A stretch of DNA of 64,000 nucleotides from contig NC_019977.1 of assembly GCF_000328665.1 (NCBI RefSeq), forward strand, positions 124,001 through 188,000, given 5' to 3'. The notes under the pieces are model-generated. The model did not search any database, was not told where the DNA came from, and was given only the letters and a program-made list of their open reading frames with translations. The stretch is from Methanomethylovorans hollandica DSM 15978 (GTDB lineage Archaea > Halobacteriota > Methanosarcinia > Methanosarcinales > Methanosarcinaceae). Positions 20,009 to 30,937 of the stretch are shown here, piece after piece (position 1 is the first letter of the stretch; the number at the start of each line of letters is the position of its first letter). Made by a program: the position numbers and the translations under genes.

Positions 20009-20264
20009 TTCCCCTTAGATTTCCCCAATTTTCATTAAAATATAGAATTTCTCGAGAATTAAGTTTTTCTATTTAGAGAGAATGTTAATAAATCAAGTTT
20101 ATAACACAATTTTATATTCTTATGTCTACTCTATGTTAAGATATTTCACTATATTTTTTACTTTAATATCTTTTTTTATGTAAGCTGAATTAAATATCAA
20201 CTGTACAATATTCTCTCTACTGCTCGTTTACATATATATTTATATATTGTCAATTTGAACAGAT

Positions 20265-21302
20265 TCATCTTTTTTGTAGTAATGTAATTCTTCTGGTGAG
20301 GCTTCTATGTACTCTCTGGCTATATTCACAAACTATTTTGAATCCTGCATCTATTGCAAACACACTTACATCAATTTCAGAGACCACTACAGCAAGTTTC
20401 TCACTTTTAAGTAATCTGTACATTTCTCTGAAAGCACCATCATAAAGATGGTGCAGAGATTCGGCTTTAATGGCTGCAGAACGGCCATAGGGAGGGTCTG
20501 TGACTATAGCATCCACACACTCGTCATTAAGGGGAACCATGCATGCATCTCCTATTATGACATCATGGTGTCCGCCAAAAGCCTGTAGGTTCATCTGTGC
20601 ACCTGAAGTTATCATGGGGCGCACTTCAATACCAATCACTTTTGCTCCTATTATGGCACCTTCCACCAGGATACCAGCAGTACCACAGAAGGGGTCAAAC
20701 AATATCTCACCTTCCTTAACTCCTGATATATTCACAAGAGCTCTTGCTACCCGGGGCATGAGCACACCAGGGTAGAAAAAGGGTTTCTTGTGGGGTAATC
20801 TCTTTTCGTAAGCACTCCTGTCCACAGATGCCACTACAGGTCCAAAGATACATTTTTCTCCAATGATCAACCTGAATTTCACATCTGGTGTTTTTAGGTT
20901 TGCCCGGAATCTTTTTCTGAATATAGTGCCACCAACATGTCCCTCTATGAACTCTCTTTCAAAATCGCAATAATGCTTGATCTTCCGGGCACGCACCACG
21001 AATGTCTCACCAGGGTCAATATGTTTTGAATAATCTATATTTTCTGCCATCTGTAATATGGTATTTGCAGAAGTATCACACATACCTGCAACCCTTATTA
21101 TATGGTGCGACATGGCAAGTCTCTGTGCTACATGCAGCAAACGAGATTCGATCTCATCCCGTATGCCATTGATGTCCACGACAAGACATTGGTCAAGAAC
21201 TTCGTATTCCTTGAACTCAAGCCCTGCAATTTTCATGCAGGCATAAGCTTCCATAACCGGGAGGACATCATGCTCTCCAGAAAGTTCTAAAGCGTATAGC
21301 AT
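20265..21302 (-). CDS. THUMP-domain tRNA m2G10/m22G10 methyltransferase (Trm11/TrmG10 family)
   Basis: THUMP region, FDPFCGTAG, TDPPYGRS. Confidence 0.88.
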   Translation of the reverse strand: MLYALELSGEHDVLPVMEAYACMKIAGLEFKEYEVLDQCLVVDINGIRDEIESRLLHVAQRLAMSHHIIRVAGMCDTSANTILQMAENIDYSKHIDPGETFVVRARKIKHYCDFEREFIEGHVGGTIFRKRFRANLKTPDVKFRLIIGEKCIFGPVVASVDRSAYEKRLPHKKPFFYPGVLMPRVARALVNISGVKEGEILFDPFCGTAGILVEGAIIGAKVIGIEVRPMITSGAQMNLQAFGGHHDVIIGDACMVPLNDECVDAIVTDPPYGRSAAIKAESLHHLYDGAFREMYRLLKSEKLAVVVSEIDVSVFAIDAGFKIVCEYSQRVHRSLTRRITLLQKR

Positions 21303-21437
21303 AACACTTGCATAGAGAATCCCTTTGGTATTAAAAAGCTGCTATCATCTTTATTCAAAAATTGAGGCAGGGGACTAACATGTCTTAAATTATCCAAAGC
21401 AAAGAACTATTTACTATAAAACTATTGAAATCTCCTA

Positions 21438-23339
21438 ATGTCAAAGCCTCTTTATCTTGGTGAAATGCTGCTGCACTGGTGCAGTAAATGTAATGTACCT
21501 GTGCTTGGGAAGGAATGTGTATGTGGCAGTCATACAAAAAAGGTGACTGTAACACCTCCTGGTGACATACGTCCGGCATTTGAATATGATCTCGAACTTA
21601 TAAATTCCGTTTCCATGCTACAGTTCAATGCTCCTCTTATAGCTGATGAGAGGGTGGTGGTGCTGAACAAAGCTCCTTATGATGATCGTATGGATGAGAT
21701 CATCGTTGATGGGGAGGTATTAGGAAGCATCAGATTTGAGCTTGATACTCTTAAATGGGTACTTCTCTTGCGTGTAGAAGGGGCTCGGCGTCTTTTCCAG
21801 GGTAGGTCCTTGTCTGCTATGAAGGGCTGGGTTATTCTGGAACAAGGTGCAGTAAAGTTCATACTTGGAGGAGCCAATCTGTTGGCTCCCGGAGTGCTGG
21901 ATGCTGATCCAGGTATTCTGGAAAAGGATGAAGTGGTCGTTCTTGATCCCACAGGCCAGGTTGTAGCTATCGGCAGAGCTCGTATGAGTGGTGAACGAAT
22001 GCAAGAGCGTCCTAAGGGTGTCGCAGTAAAGGTAAGGGTTAAAGAAGAACCATGTGATGTGGTTGTACCGCCAGGTGGACAGACATGGGATGAAGTCATT
22101 GCTGCCAACAAGCAGTTCATGGAAGATTTCATAGCCCGTTCTCATAAGTTCATCACTAATGTTGCATCAAGCATGACCAAACCTGTGACGGTTTCATATT
22201 CCGGAGGTAAAGATAGTCTTGCTGTGCTACAGCTAGTAAGTGAGTGCATCGAAAATTTTGACATAATTTTCGCTGATACTGGCATCGAATTCCCGGAAAC
22301 TGTACTTAATGCTCAGGAAGTCTCGCAGTTATACGGCAAACATCTCAAGTCCATTAGCTCAGAAAATGCTTTCTGGGAATCAGTGGATACTTTTGGCCCC
22401 CCCAGTGTGGAAATGCGTTGGTGTTGTAAAGTATGCAAATTGGGACCTATCACCCAGCTCATCGAAGGTAACTATGAAGAAGGCTGTCTTACATTCATCG
22501 GGCAGCGCAAGTATGAATCAGGCACAAGGGCAAAAAGTGAAAGGGTGTGGAAGAATCCCTGGGTAGGAAATCAGGTAGGTGCTGCTCCAATACAAGACTG
22601 GACAGCTATGCATGTGTGGCTCTATATTTTCATGCATCGCCTTCCTTATAATCCTCTCTACGCAAAAGGGTTTGATAGGATAGGATGTTGGCTTTGTCCC
22701 TCATGTTCTCTTGCTGATCTGCGTAGGCTCAGAGAAACCCATCCCGAATCTGCTTCCAAGCTGGAAAATTATTTGGCAGACTATGCTCAAAGGTCTGGAC
22801 TTTCTCCAGAGTGGGTAGAACATGGGATGTGGAGGTGGAATAAATTACCACCAAGGCTTCAGGAGATTGCAAAGGCTAAGGGAATTCTCACTACACCCAA
22901 AGTCCTGGCAAATAGTAAACTTGAGCTTACTGTAACATCTGGTTACCGCCCATGTAAGCAGGGAGGGATGTCTGCAGAGGGTAGTTTTGGTACAGCTATA
23001 GATCTCGGGGTGATCGAGGTTTCTGGTATCCTTGAAGCTGTAGGCAAGGTCTCTTTCATGGAAGGTGTTGTTTCTATATCTCAGGGAGAGGACAGTGCTC
23101 AGATCTTTGCTTCCGGCACAGTAACAGCTCGCAGTGATACCGAGATACAGGTCCGCCAGTTGATAAGGTCAGTAGAATTGTCTATCAGGAGGGCTCTTCG
23201 TTGCAGTGGATGTGGTGTATGTATAGGCAAGTGTCCACAGCATGTGATTAGGGTAAAGGATAACATTGCTGTGATCGGTGAGGAATGTGTACATTGTGGG
23301 AAATGTATTGAAGTTTGTCCGGTAGTGAAATTTGGATAA
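21438..23339 (+). CDS. Zn-ribbon/PUA/PAPS-reductase-family/ferredoxin fusion protein
   Basis: CSKC..CVC; PUA ([17 protein letters not shown]); SGGKDS PP-loop; [16 protein letters not shown]; two C-terminal CxxCxxCxxxCP. Confidence 0.85.
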   Translation: MSKPLYLGEMLLHWCSKCNVPVLGKECVCGSHTKKVTVTPPGDIRPAFEYDLELINSVSMLQFNAPLIADERVVVLNKAPYDDRMDEIIVDGEVLGSIRFELDTLKWVLLLRVEGARRLFQGRSLSAMKGWVILEQGAVKFILGGANLLAPGVLDADPGILEKDEVVVLDPTGQVVAIGRARMSGERMQERPKGVAVKVRVKEEPCDVVVPPGGQTWDEVIAANKQFMEDFIARSHKFITNVASSMTKPVTVSYSGGKDSLAVLQLVSECIENFDIIFADTGIEFPETVLNAQEVSQLYGKHLKSISSENAFWESVDTFGPPSVEMRWCCKVCKLGPITQLIEGNYEEGCLTFIGQRKYESGTRAKSERVWKNPWVGNQVGAAPIQDWTAMHVWLYIFMHRLPYNPLYAKGFDRIGCWLCPSCSLADLRRLRETHPESASKLENYLADYAQRSGLSPEWVEHGMWRWNKLPPRLQEIAKAKGILTTPKVLANSKLELTVTSGYRPCKQGGMSAEGSFGTAIDLGVIEVSGILEAVGKVSFMEGVVSISQGEDSAQIFASGTVTARSDTEIQVRQLIRSVELSIRRALRCSGCGVCIGKCPQHVIRVKDNIAVIGEECVHCGKCIEVCPVVKFG

Positions 23340-23417
23340 TTTTCAATAATTTCATTTTTCTACTTTTTCAACCAGAACATTTATACATGATATGCACTAA
23401 TCTTTGACGGTGATTTT

Positions 23418-25034
23418 TTGGTAAAAAGGGCACTGCTAAGCGTTTCTGACAAGGCTGGAATTGTAGAGTTTGCGCGGGGGCTTGCAGCCCTTGGCGTGGA
23501 ATTGCTATCTACTGGCGGAACTGCACGAATCCTGCGGGATTCGGGAATTGAAGTAAAGGATGTTTCAGAGGTAACAGGTTTTCCTGAGATGATGGATGGC
23601 AGGGTTAAGACATTACATCCCAATATACATGGTGCCATATTGTGCAACAGGCATGATCCGGACCATATGGACCAGGCATATAATGCAGGTATCGAGCTTA
23701 TTGATCTAGTGGCTGTAAATCTCTATCCGTTTGAGATCACAGTGACAAAGGAAGGTGTTTTGTTAGAAGAGGCCATAGAGAATATTGATATCGGTGGTCC
23801 CACTATTCTGCGATCAGCAGCTAAAAATTTCCATTTTGTTACTGTTCTATGTGATCCGGCGGATTATGGACATGTGCTTAAAGAGATCAGATCGACCGGT
23901 GTAGTTTCAGAGAATACGCGCAAGCAACTTGCTGTAAAAGCTTTCAGACACACGGCATATTATGATGCGACTATTGACACATATCTTAGTAAGGAACTAG
24001 CTTCAGAAGAGGTTCTGCATCTGGACTTTACAGAAGGTGTCGAGCTGCGTTATGGTGAGAACTGGCATCAAAAAGCTAAGTTCTTCAAAGAACCTGGAGT
24101 GAAAGGTCCATCTCTTGCAAATGCACGACAATTACATGGGAAAGATCTATCGTATAATAATTACGTAGATGCTGATAACGCATTACTGACCATAAAAGAC
24201 CTTCATGCCGAAAAACCGGCAGTGGTTATTGTGAAGCACAATAATCCATGCGGATTAGCCATTGGCGATACTCTTCTGGAGGCTCTGAGTGCGGCATGGG
24301 ATGGAGATCCCATCTCTGCATATGGAAGTATCGTTTGCAGTAACAAAGTATTTGATCTGCAGTCAGCAGAGTTCTTGGAAGGCAAATTTATCGAAATTAT
24401 TCTGGCCCCAGGTTTTGACCATGACGCACTGGAGTATCTTAAGAAAAAGAGCTCTAATCTTCGGTTGGTTGAACTACCTCAGCTAAACGATGTCTTTGAC
24501 TTCGATCATACGTATAAATTTGTAGTTGGTGGCTTGTTAAAACAGTCCAGAGACGTGGGTCTCTATGAGAAATGGGACTGTGTAACGGAAAAAGAGTTTC
24601 CAGAGTCTATGCGCCCTCTATCTGAATTCTGCATCAGCGCCTGTAAGAGCACCAAATCCAATTCCATTACCATTGCATATGAGTACAAGAAAAGTTGTTA
24701 TATGATACTTGCTATGGGTGCAGGTCAGCCAAACAGGGTAGATTCTATCAGAAAACTTGCTGGCACTAAGGCCAGGGAAAATCTGAAAGTAATGCATGAA
24801 CGTGACAGTCCTAAAGAGGATTTTAATGAATATTGCACAAAAATTCTTTCAAAGTGTGTGATGGCATCTGATGCTTTCTTCCCCTTCGATGACAGTATCG
24901 TTCATGCTGCTGAGCATGGTATAATGTATGTAGTTTCTCCCGGTGGTTCCATCAGGGATAATGAAGTTATAAATACTGCAAACAATCTTGGAGTTTCTCT
25001 CGTATTCACCGGCATGCGCCACTTCCTGCATTGA
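23418..25034 (+). CDS. purH: Bifunctional AICAR transformylase/IMP cyclohydrolase
   Basis: RALLSVSDK, GRVKTLHP, IDIGGPT, LRYGEN, KHNNPCG, SDAFFPF, TGMRHF. Confidence 0.95.
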   Translation: MVKRALLSVSDKAGIVEFARGLAALGVELLSTGGTARILRDSGIEVKDVSEVTGFPEMMDGRVKTLHPNIHGAILCNRHDPDHMDQAYNAGIELIDLVAVNLYPFEITVTKEGVLLEEAIENIDIGGPTILRSAAKNFHFVTVLCDPADYGHVLKEIRSTGVVSENTRKQLAVKAFRHTAYYDATIDTYLSKELASEEVLHLDFTEGVELRYGENWHQKAKFFKEPGVKGPSLANARQLHGKDLSYNNYVDADNALLTIKDLHAEKPAVVIVKHNNPCGLAIGDTLLEALSAAWDGDPISAYGSIVCSNKVFDLQSAEFLEGKFIEIILAPGFDHDALEYLKKKSSNLRLVELPQLNDVFDFDHTYKFVVGGLLKQSRDVGLYEKWDCVTEKEFPESMRPLSEFCISACKSTKSNSITIAYEYKKSCYMILAMGAGQPNRVDSIRKLAGTKARENLKVMHERDSPKEDFNEYCTKILSKCVMASDAFFPFDDSIVHAAEHGIMYVVSPGGSIRDNEVINTANNLGVSLVFTGMRHFLH

Positions 25035-25106
25035 GGCACTCCTTCTCTTTTTTTACAAAAATTCAATAGCATCCTCATTTATATTTGGATGATATATTTA
25101 TAACTA

Positions 25107-25124
25107 ATATTGATTATTCAATAT
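25107..25124. promoter_or_regulatory. Inverted repeat upstream of wHTH regulator (putative operator)
   Basis: ATATTGA-TTAT-TCAATAT in the AT-rich promoter region. Confidence 0.35.
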
Positions 25125-25182
25125 ATAGGTAGTATACAATCATTAAATTATGTGCCCATCTTAAATTTAACCAATTAATCAA

Positions 25183-25980
25183 TTGCGAATGATCACTATG
25201 AAATCCAAAGGCCTGCTGAGTTTGCTCACTTTTTCGGAAAAAAGAAAAGATCTACTTCTATTTCTCCTGGAGCAACCTTCAACACTTACTAATATACGTA
25301 ATAAGTTCAATGTATCTTCTCCAGAGATCGCTCCACGGATAAGAGAGATGGAATCTGCCAACCTTATGTACAAAGATCCTTCTACCAAGATGTATACCCT
25401 TACTACTACAGGAATGATCGTCGCAAAATCATTCAAACCTTTTCTTGATATGGTGGGTCTCCTCGAAAAGAATGAAGATTTTTGGAATGATCATGACCTA
25501 TCCGGAATACCAGAACATTTGCTTGACAGATTAGTGGACCTTAAAGATTGTAATTTTTATGTGGACAAACTTGAGAACATATATGACTCTCATAAGGTAT
25601 TCACAGAAAATATAGGGCACTCCAGTCTGATCAAAGGCGTTTCCCCTGTATATTTCTCTTCTTATCCCGATTATTTTATGCAACTTGCAATAAAAAATGT
25701 CCCTACATCACTAATTCTTACTAGATCTGTTTATGATAAAGTCGAAAATGAGCACGCAGATAAAATGAAGGCATATTGTGCTGCTAAATCCACTGAACTT
25801 TATCTTCTTGAGAATGCAAAGGTTGCTTTTGTCGTTACAGATATTTTCTTTTCCATGTCTCTGTTCTTTAAATCCGGTAATTACGATCCCCGCACAGACC
25901 TCGTCTGTTTTGATAGGTCTGGTATACAATGGGGAAATGATCTGTTTGAATACTACTTGTCACAAGCAAAAAAGTTATAA
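25183..25980 (+). CDS. Winged-helix transcriptional regulator (Methanosarcinales DUF1724-type)
   Basis: FSEKRKDLLLFL HTH start; FWNDHDLSGIPEHLLDR; WGNDLFEYY. Confidence 0.82.
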   Translation: MRMITMKSKGLLSLLTFSEKRKDLLLFLLEQPSTLTNIRNKFNVSSPEIAPRIREMESANLMYKDPSTKMYTLTTTGMIVAKSFKPFLDMVGLLEKNEDFWNDHDLSGIPEHLLDRLVDLKDCNFYVDKLENIYDSHKVFTENIGHSSLIKGVSPVYFSSYPDYFMQLAIKNVPTSLILTRSVYDKVENEHADKMKAYCAAKSTELYLLENAKVAFVVTDIFFSMSLFFKSGNYDPRTDLVCFDRSGIQWGNDLFEYYLSQAKKL

Positions 25981-25989
25981 AATTCGTGT

Positions 25990-26916
25990 TCATCCCATAC
26001 TTCCAATTACTGCTCTTAGAGATATTATGGACCCAGACTCGCCATCAACAAGGAAAAGTCTTTCTATTTTCCCTCTTGTAGTTTCATTTTCCCGGTCATG
26101 AGTAAGCCGAATTATATATACTAACCCTATAAAAAAGCTATACAACACTATTAAAGGCTCAAATGCAATCAATTTCATTATTATTGCGGTTGCTATAAGT
26201 GAATGAGATATCATGTGCAATGCTAATAGCAATTCACGTGTATTTTTTTTTCCCAAGCTTACAGGAAGTGTTTTAATACCTGCCATCAGATCTCCTTTGA
26301 CATCCTTAAAGTCGTATATCGTCGAATTAATAAATAGTTTAGATGCATAGTAGAAAAATACTATCAACACAGGCAGGTAATTCTCAATACCATTTCCAGC
26401 TATACCTGTAATGAAAGTTCCCCATGTCAATCCAACAACGAGGTTCTTGATGCCCAGGCCACCTTTTAGTTTAAGGTTCAGTTTTCCCAAATTAATTCCT
26501 TTACTATATAGATATCCAGTTATAAGGGGAATCAAAGCTATAACTATTAAACCACTGTTACTCAGAATGTAAAAACCCAATAGGAATGCAACCAGGGAAA
26601 ATAACAGTGCTATTTTTTTATTTGCTCCATTTAGTTCAGATCTGTTTATACTATCTTCGGTTGATTCAAGTGCACGGTCCAGAGTATATACTGCATATAC
26701 AATAAGTCCCCCTGCTACGCAATTCGATATGCTGGTCTGTGCCAAAAGCAGTAATGATGCTATGTATACACGTAAAGCTCCTGAGATGGATACCAACAAA
26801 GAGCTTTTCAGCATGTTTATTGTTGGTAATATATTCCCGTAGTGTTCCTTCTCTATGCTCAGATTTTTCTTTCTGGTATAATTGCCATAGAAATTATTAC
26901 TTGTGTTCATGTACAA
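25990..26916 (-). CDS. UbiA-family prenyltransferase
   Basis: Multi-TM; YTLDRALESTEDSIN and YDFKDVKGD..AGIKTLPV Asp-rich motifs. Confidence 0.85.
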   Translation of the reverse strand: MYMNTSNNFYGNYTRKKNLSIEKEHYGNILPTINMLKSSLLVSISGALRVYIASLLLLAQTSISNCVAGGLIVYAVYTLDRALESTEDSINRSELNGANKKIALLFSLVAFLLGFYILSNSGLIVIALIPLITGYLYSKGINLGKLNLKLKGGLGIKNLVVGLTWGTFITGIAGNGIENYLPVLIVFFYYASKLFINSTIYDFKDVKGDLMAGIKTLPVSLGKKNTRELLLALHMISHSLIATAIIMKLIAFEPLIVLYSFFIGLVYIIRLTHDRENETTRGKIERLFLVDGESGSIISLRAVIGSMG

Positions 26917-27258
26917 GTAAATTCTAATGCTTTGGAATTATTAGTAACCCATTCTACTTTTATATCAATGAGTTAGTTTGTAAATTCAAGCAACATCCAG
27001 ACGAATGTGTAAAGGTTATTGTACCTCAATAAAATTGTATTAAATATAAACGAATCTTCTCTATTGTAGCAGATGTTTGTACTTTTACCAGCATACTTTG
27101 TTTGCACATTTCGATATCAGCCAACCAAGTCTTACATTTCAATCTATTAATTACCAACTATATTTATAGAAGATTAAGTTCGCCTTTTTTCATTAAGTCC
27201 CTCTTTCCATATCTTAGAGGCAGAGTATTTAATATAGATTAGTGATGTTTATTTTCAT

Positions 27259-28800
27259 ATGTCACTATCCAAAAAAACTTTACTACTTATGATCCTTGAT
27301 GGGTGGGGCTATAATCCCGATCCTCAAGGCAATGCTGTTCTGGCTGCCAGGACTCCAGTTCTTGATTCCCTTCTGGAAAAATATCCATTTACTTTTCTGG
27401 AGGCCTCAGGGGAAAGTGTTGGTCTTCCTTCAGGACAGATGGGCAATTCTGAGGTGGGGCACCTCAATATAGGTGCGGGAAGAATTGTGTACCAGGATCT
27501 GACTCGGATCAATCGGGCAATAGAATGTGGTGATATTTACAATAACCGGGCACTTCTCGCGGCGGTAAAGAATGTTAAGGAGAAAAACTCAAATCTGCAC
27601 TTTATGGGTCTTTTCTCATATGGTGGAGTCCACAGCCACATAAATCACTTGAAAGGTTTAATAGGGTTTGCTGCAGATATGGGACTCTCAAAGGTCTATG
27701 TTCATACTTTTCTTGATGGCAGGGATGTCCCTCCCAGACAAGCCATTTACGATATGGAAGAGTTTCAGCAAATATATTCTCTAAAAGGCAATGCTGTAAT
27801 TGCTACTGTCTCAGGGAGATATTATGCAATGGACAGGGACAAACGCTGGGATAGGACAAAGCTGGCTTACGATGCATTGGTCCTGGGTAAAGGTTTGAAG
27901 TCCAAAGACCCTGTTTCTGCTGTAAGGGAGGCATATGAAAGGGGTGAAAATGATGAATTTGTCAAACCTACGGTGATCACTGGTAAAGATGGGCAGCCAC
28001 TTGCCACGATCAATGACAATGATTCTGTGATATTTTTCAATTTCAGGCCGGATAGGGCACGTCAACTTACATACTCATTTGTAAATGAATGTTTTAACGA
28101 TTTTGAAAGAACTATTCATCCACATGTCCATTATGTATGCATGACTGAATATGATGAGAAACTGTCTGTCCCTCTCGTCTTCCCACCAGAATATATTGAG
28201 AACACACTTGGGCAGGTTCTGAGCTGTCATGGTCTAAAGCAGTTAAGGATAGCTGAAACCGAAAAATATGCACATGTTACTTTTTTCCTGAATGGAGGCA
28301 TTGAGCAGCGAAACCCTGGGGAGGACAGGTTATTGGTTCCATCTCCACAAGTGGCTACTTACGACCTTAAACCAGAAATGAGTGCTTATGAGGTCACGGA
28401 TGCTCTTGTGGAACAGATCCTGTCAGGCTCATACGATGTCATCATAGTTAATTATGCTAATATGGATATGGTAGGCCATACAGGTTTCTTCGATGCTGCG
28501 GTAGAGGCGGTCCAAATAGTTGATACATGCGTGGGAAAAGTTGTGAATGCTGTCATGGCATCGGGTGGATCTGTTATCATTACTGCTGACCATGGCAATG
28601 CTGAGAAGATGATGGATATGGTTTCAGATTCTCCTCATACGGCTCACACATCTAATTTGGTACCTTGTATCTATGTTTGCGATGAACCAGGCCTGCAGCT
28701 TAGAAAAGGAAAATTATCGGATATTGCGCCCACAATGCTTGAAATACTGGGCATCCCTAAGCCATTGGAAATGACTGGCAGATCACTTTTAAACAAGTGA
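27259..28800 (+). CDS. gpmI: 2,3-bisphosphoglycerate-independent phosphoglycerate mutase
   Basis: [34 protein letters not shown]. Confidence 0.96.
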   Translation: MSLSKKTLLLMILDGWGYNPDPQGNAVLAARTPVLDSLLEKYPFTFLEASGESVGLPSGQMGNSEVGHLNIGAGRIVYQDLTRINRAIECGDIYNNRALLAAVKNVKEKNSNLHFMGLFSYGGVHSHINHLKGLIGFAADMGLSKVYVHTFLDGRDVPPRQAIYDMEEFQQIYSLKGNAVIATVSGRYYAMDRDKRWDRTKLAYDALVLGKGLKSKDPVSAVREAYERGENDEFVKPTVITGKDGQPLATINDNDSVIFFNFRPDRARQLTYSFVNECFNDFERTIHPHVHYVCMTEYDEKLSVPLVFPPEYIENTLGQVLSCHGLKQLRIAETEKYAHVTFFLNGGIEQRNPGEDRLLVPSPQVATYDLKPEMSAYEVTDALVEQILSGSYDVIIVNYANMDMVGHTGFFDAAVEAVQIVDTCVGKVVNAVMASGGSVIITADHGNAEKMMDMVSDSPHTAHTSNLVPCIYVCDEPGLQLRKGKLSDIAPTMLEILGIPKPLEMTGRSLLNK

Positions 28801-28802
28801 TT

Positions 28803-29819
28803 CTAGAACCATTGGTCCAGGGTTCTCTGCCCGGGTCCGCTAATCTTTTCCAGTCTTTCACAGGCTTTAATGACCCTTTCTTTTGAAAAGTCATGCCCCT
28901 GGCAAAGGAATTCAACAATTGCGTCAGTGTCGGGTTTTTTCCATTTGAGAGTATAGTTGTCTGTTACAGAAGGATTTAAAAAAAGATCTTTTATCTCCTG
29001 CAGGTCCTCTATATTCTGTCCAACTGCCTGCAACACTTTTTCAATGCTCCTATGCTCTTTTATAAGTTTCAATGCTTTTTTTGGTCCGATCTTTTCAAGT
29101 CCGCGGTTGTAATCTGTCCCTACACATAATGCAATCTCTATAAGTTGTGACTGGTCGATCTCCAGTTCTGCCAGATTTTCCCCGAGTTCCATTATTTCAG
29201 GTTTCACATCCACAAAAATATTTTTCTTTGGCAATTTACGTTTACCAGTTATTGTAAGGTTCCTCACAACAAAAGAAGCTCCGAAAAGCAATGAATCATA
29301 GTCCTGCGAGGCCACATAGTTTGCATCTCCTCTTTTCACCATGTGGGCAGCCTGGCTCTCTCCTTCAGAGGGGGCATCAACCCAGGGAATGCCCATGGCC
29401 ACAAGAAGCTTTCTGGAATCTTCAACAATTTCATGGGTGACCCTGGAGGAAGCCTGTGCATACATATATGCTTCTTCTGCTAATCCTTTAGACTTTGCTT
29501 CTTCCCATTTTATTGTTGCTTTCTCTCTGTCAGCCGTCCGCTTCTCTATAGTCCGGGCTTTAAGATGCGATGGTTTCCCATCAAAAACAAATACTGGTTT
29601 AATTCCTTCTTCCATAAGGCTGGTCATCCGATAAAGAATGCCCGACAGATGAGAGGTAATATTCCCTCTGGAATCCTTAAGAGGGGTCCCATCTCTCTGT
29701 CTTATTATACTAAGAAACTGATAAAGAGTATTATATGCGTCTACAGCCACTACTTTATGGGACAATTCGGATATTTCAACTTGCTGTTTCTTTAGAAGCT
29801 CTCCAATATCTGTTCCCAT
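28803..29819 (-). CDS. fen: Flap endonuclease 1
   Basis: MGTDIG start (ATG 29819), [21 protein letters not shown]-terminal PIP box QRTLDQWF. Confidence 0.96.
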   Translation of the reverse strand: MGTDIGELLKKQQVEISELSHKVVAVDAYNTLYQFLSIIRQRDGTPLKDSRGNITSHLSGILYRMTSLMEEGIKPVFVFDGKPSHLKARTIEKRTADREKATIKWEEAKSKGLAEEAYMYAQASSRVTHEIVEDSRKLLVAMGIPWVDAPSEGESQAAHMVKRGDANYVASQDYDSLLFGASFVVRNLTITGKRKLPKKNIFVDVKPEIMELGENLAELEIDQSQLIEIALCVGTDYNRGLEKIGPKKALKLIKEHRSIEKVLQAVGQNIEDLQEIKDLFLNPSVTDNYTLKWKKPDTDAIVEFLCQGHDFSKERVIKACERLEKISGPGQRTLDQWF

Positions 29820-29835
29820 AAAAACAGAATAGTTG

Positions 29836-30147
29836 TCACATATTCTTAGTTGTTTCGTTAGTATCCAGTTGTACATCTATGACCGAATCATCAGATGCAT
29901 CGATCTTCCCTATTTTTAGTATATTTCCTACTCTTTCGACAAAGTCTGCTTTTGTGATCTGGACTTGATGTCCGTCTACATCAGAGCTTCTGTTCTTGTG
30001 TACGATAAGCAACTTCTGTCCGCTGATTTCATTGCCAATCTTTGATATGACATTTTTAATGACTTGCTCGAAATCAGAGTAGATCATTATTTCTGAGTAT
30101 TTTCCAGCTTTTTTTATAATACCAATCGGTTCGAGATGAATGCGCAT
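29836..30147 (-). CDS. Small TrmO/TsaA-fold-like protein (degenerate)
   Basis: [14 protein letters not shown] and [23 protein letters not shown] resemble TsaA-like beta-barrel ends. Confidence 0.55.
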   Translation of the reverse strand: MRIHLEPIGIIKKAGKYSEIMIYSDFEQVIKNVISKIGNEISGQKLLIVHKNRSSDVDGHQVQITKADFVERVGNILKIGKIDASDDSVIDVQLDTNETTKNM

Positions 30148-30270
30148 ATACGCACCTCTTTTTAAAATGAGACTTTTAAACTAGTCATCATAAGTAAGCA
30201 CCTGTTTATATTATTTTCGCATCACCTGGGAAATAAATAATCCTCGATAGTAACAATCTTCCATCATTTC

Positions 30271-30597
30271 TTATCTGTACCTTTTGCTATCTAGGGCTTC
30301 CAAAGTTTCATTTACTCTGCTGATCACTTCGTTCATTTTTCGGTCCATGTTGCTTTCTATGCTCTGAACATTGGTCTTGAGAGACCTTTCCTTTATATCT
30401 ATCGTAGTCTCTAGTTTGCGCAGGCGTATGTCTACTGACAGGATCATAGCCGCCAGAGCCCCCACCATAACTATTGCTGCGAGTATTATAAGGGAATTTG
30501 CAGGATCATAACTGAATCTTCCGAGCCATTCATACGTAAGTACGAACGATGACACAACCATTACTATGGAAAAAACAATATCTCTTATTTCCATCAT
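30271..30597 (-). CDS. Small membrane protein (2 TM plus coiled coil)
   Basis: Two hydrophobic helices then a heptad region; GAGGG SD-like upstream. Confidence 0.7.
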   Translation of the reverse strand: MMEIRDIVFSIVMVVSSFVLTYEWLGRFSYDPANSLIILAAIVMVGALAAMILSVDIRLRKLETTIDIKERSLKTNVQSIESNMDRKMNEVISRVNETLEALDSKRYR

Positions 30598-30937
30598 CTA
30601 CCCTCATGAAATAGAATTTTGATTCCTTTATTTAATTCTTCTTTAAGGAATAGTAAATCAATAGATTGACTTTGTAGAAAAGCCTTTTCAATCTTATTCA
30701 GACGATACTTTCTTGTTTTTTCTTTGAGATGTTCATTTCTGCTTGCATATACTTCTTCATTTCGTTTTCAAGTTCAATGAAAAAGCACACACATAAGCAT
30801 ACACATGCGTACGCATATAGGCATGTGTATTCATATTCTTATTTATATATGCATATATATATAAATCCCTTATTTAACATAGTGGTAACTATAAGTTCCA
30901 TGGAATGTTATTTAAGTAAACATTTTATATTCCTTAA

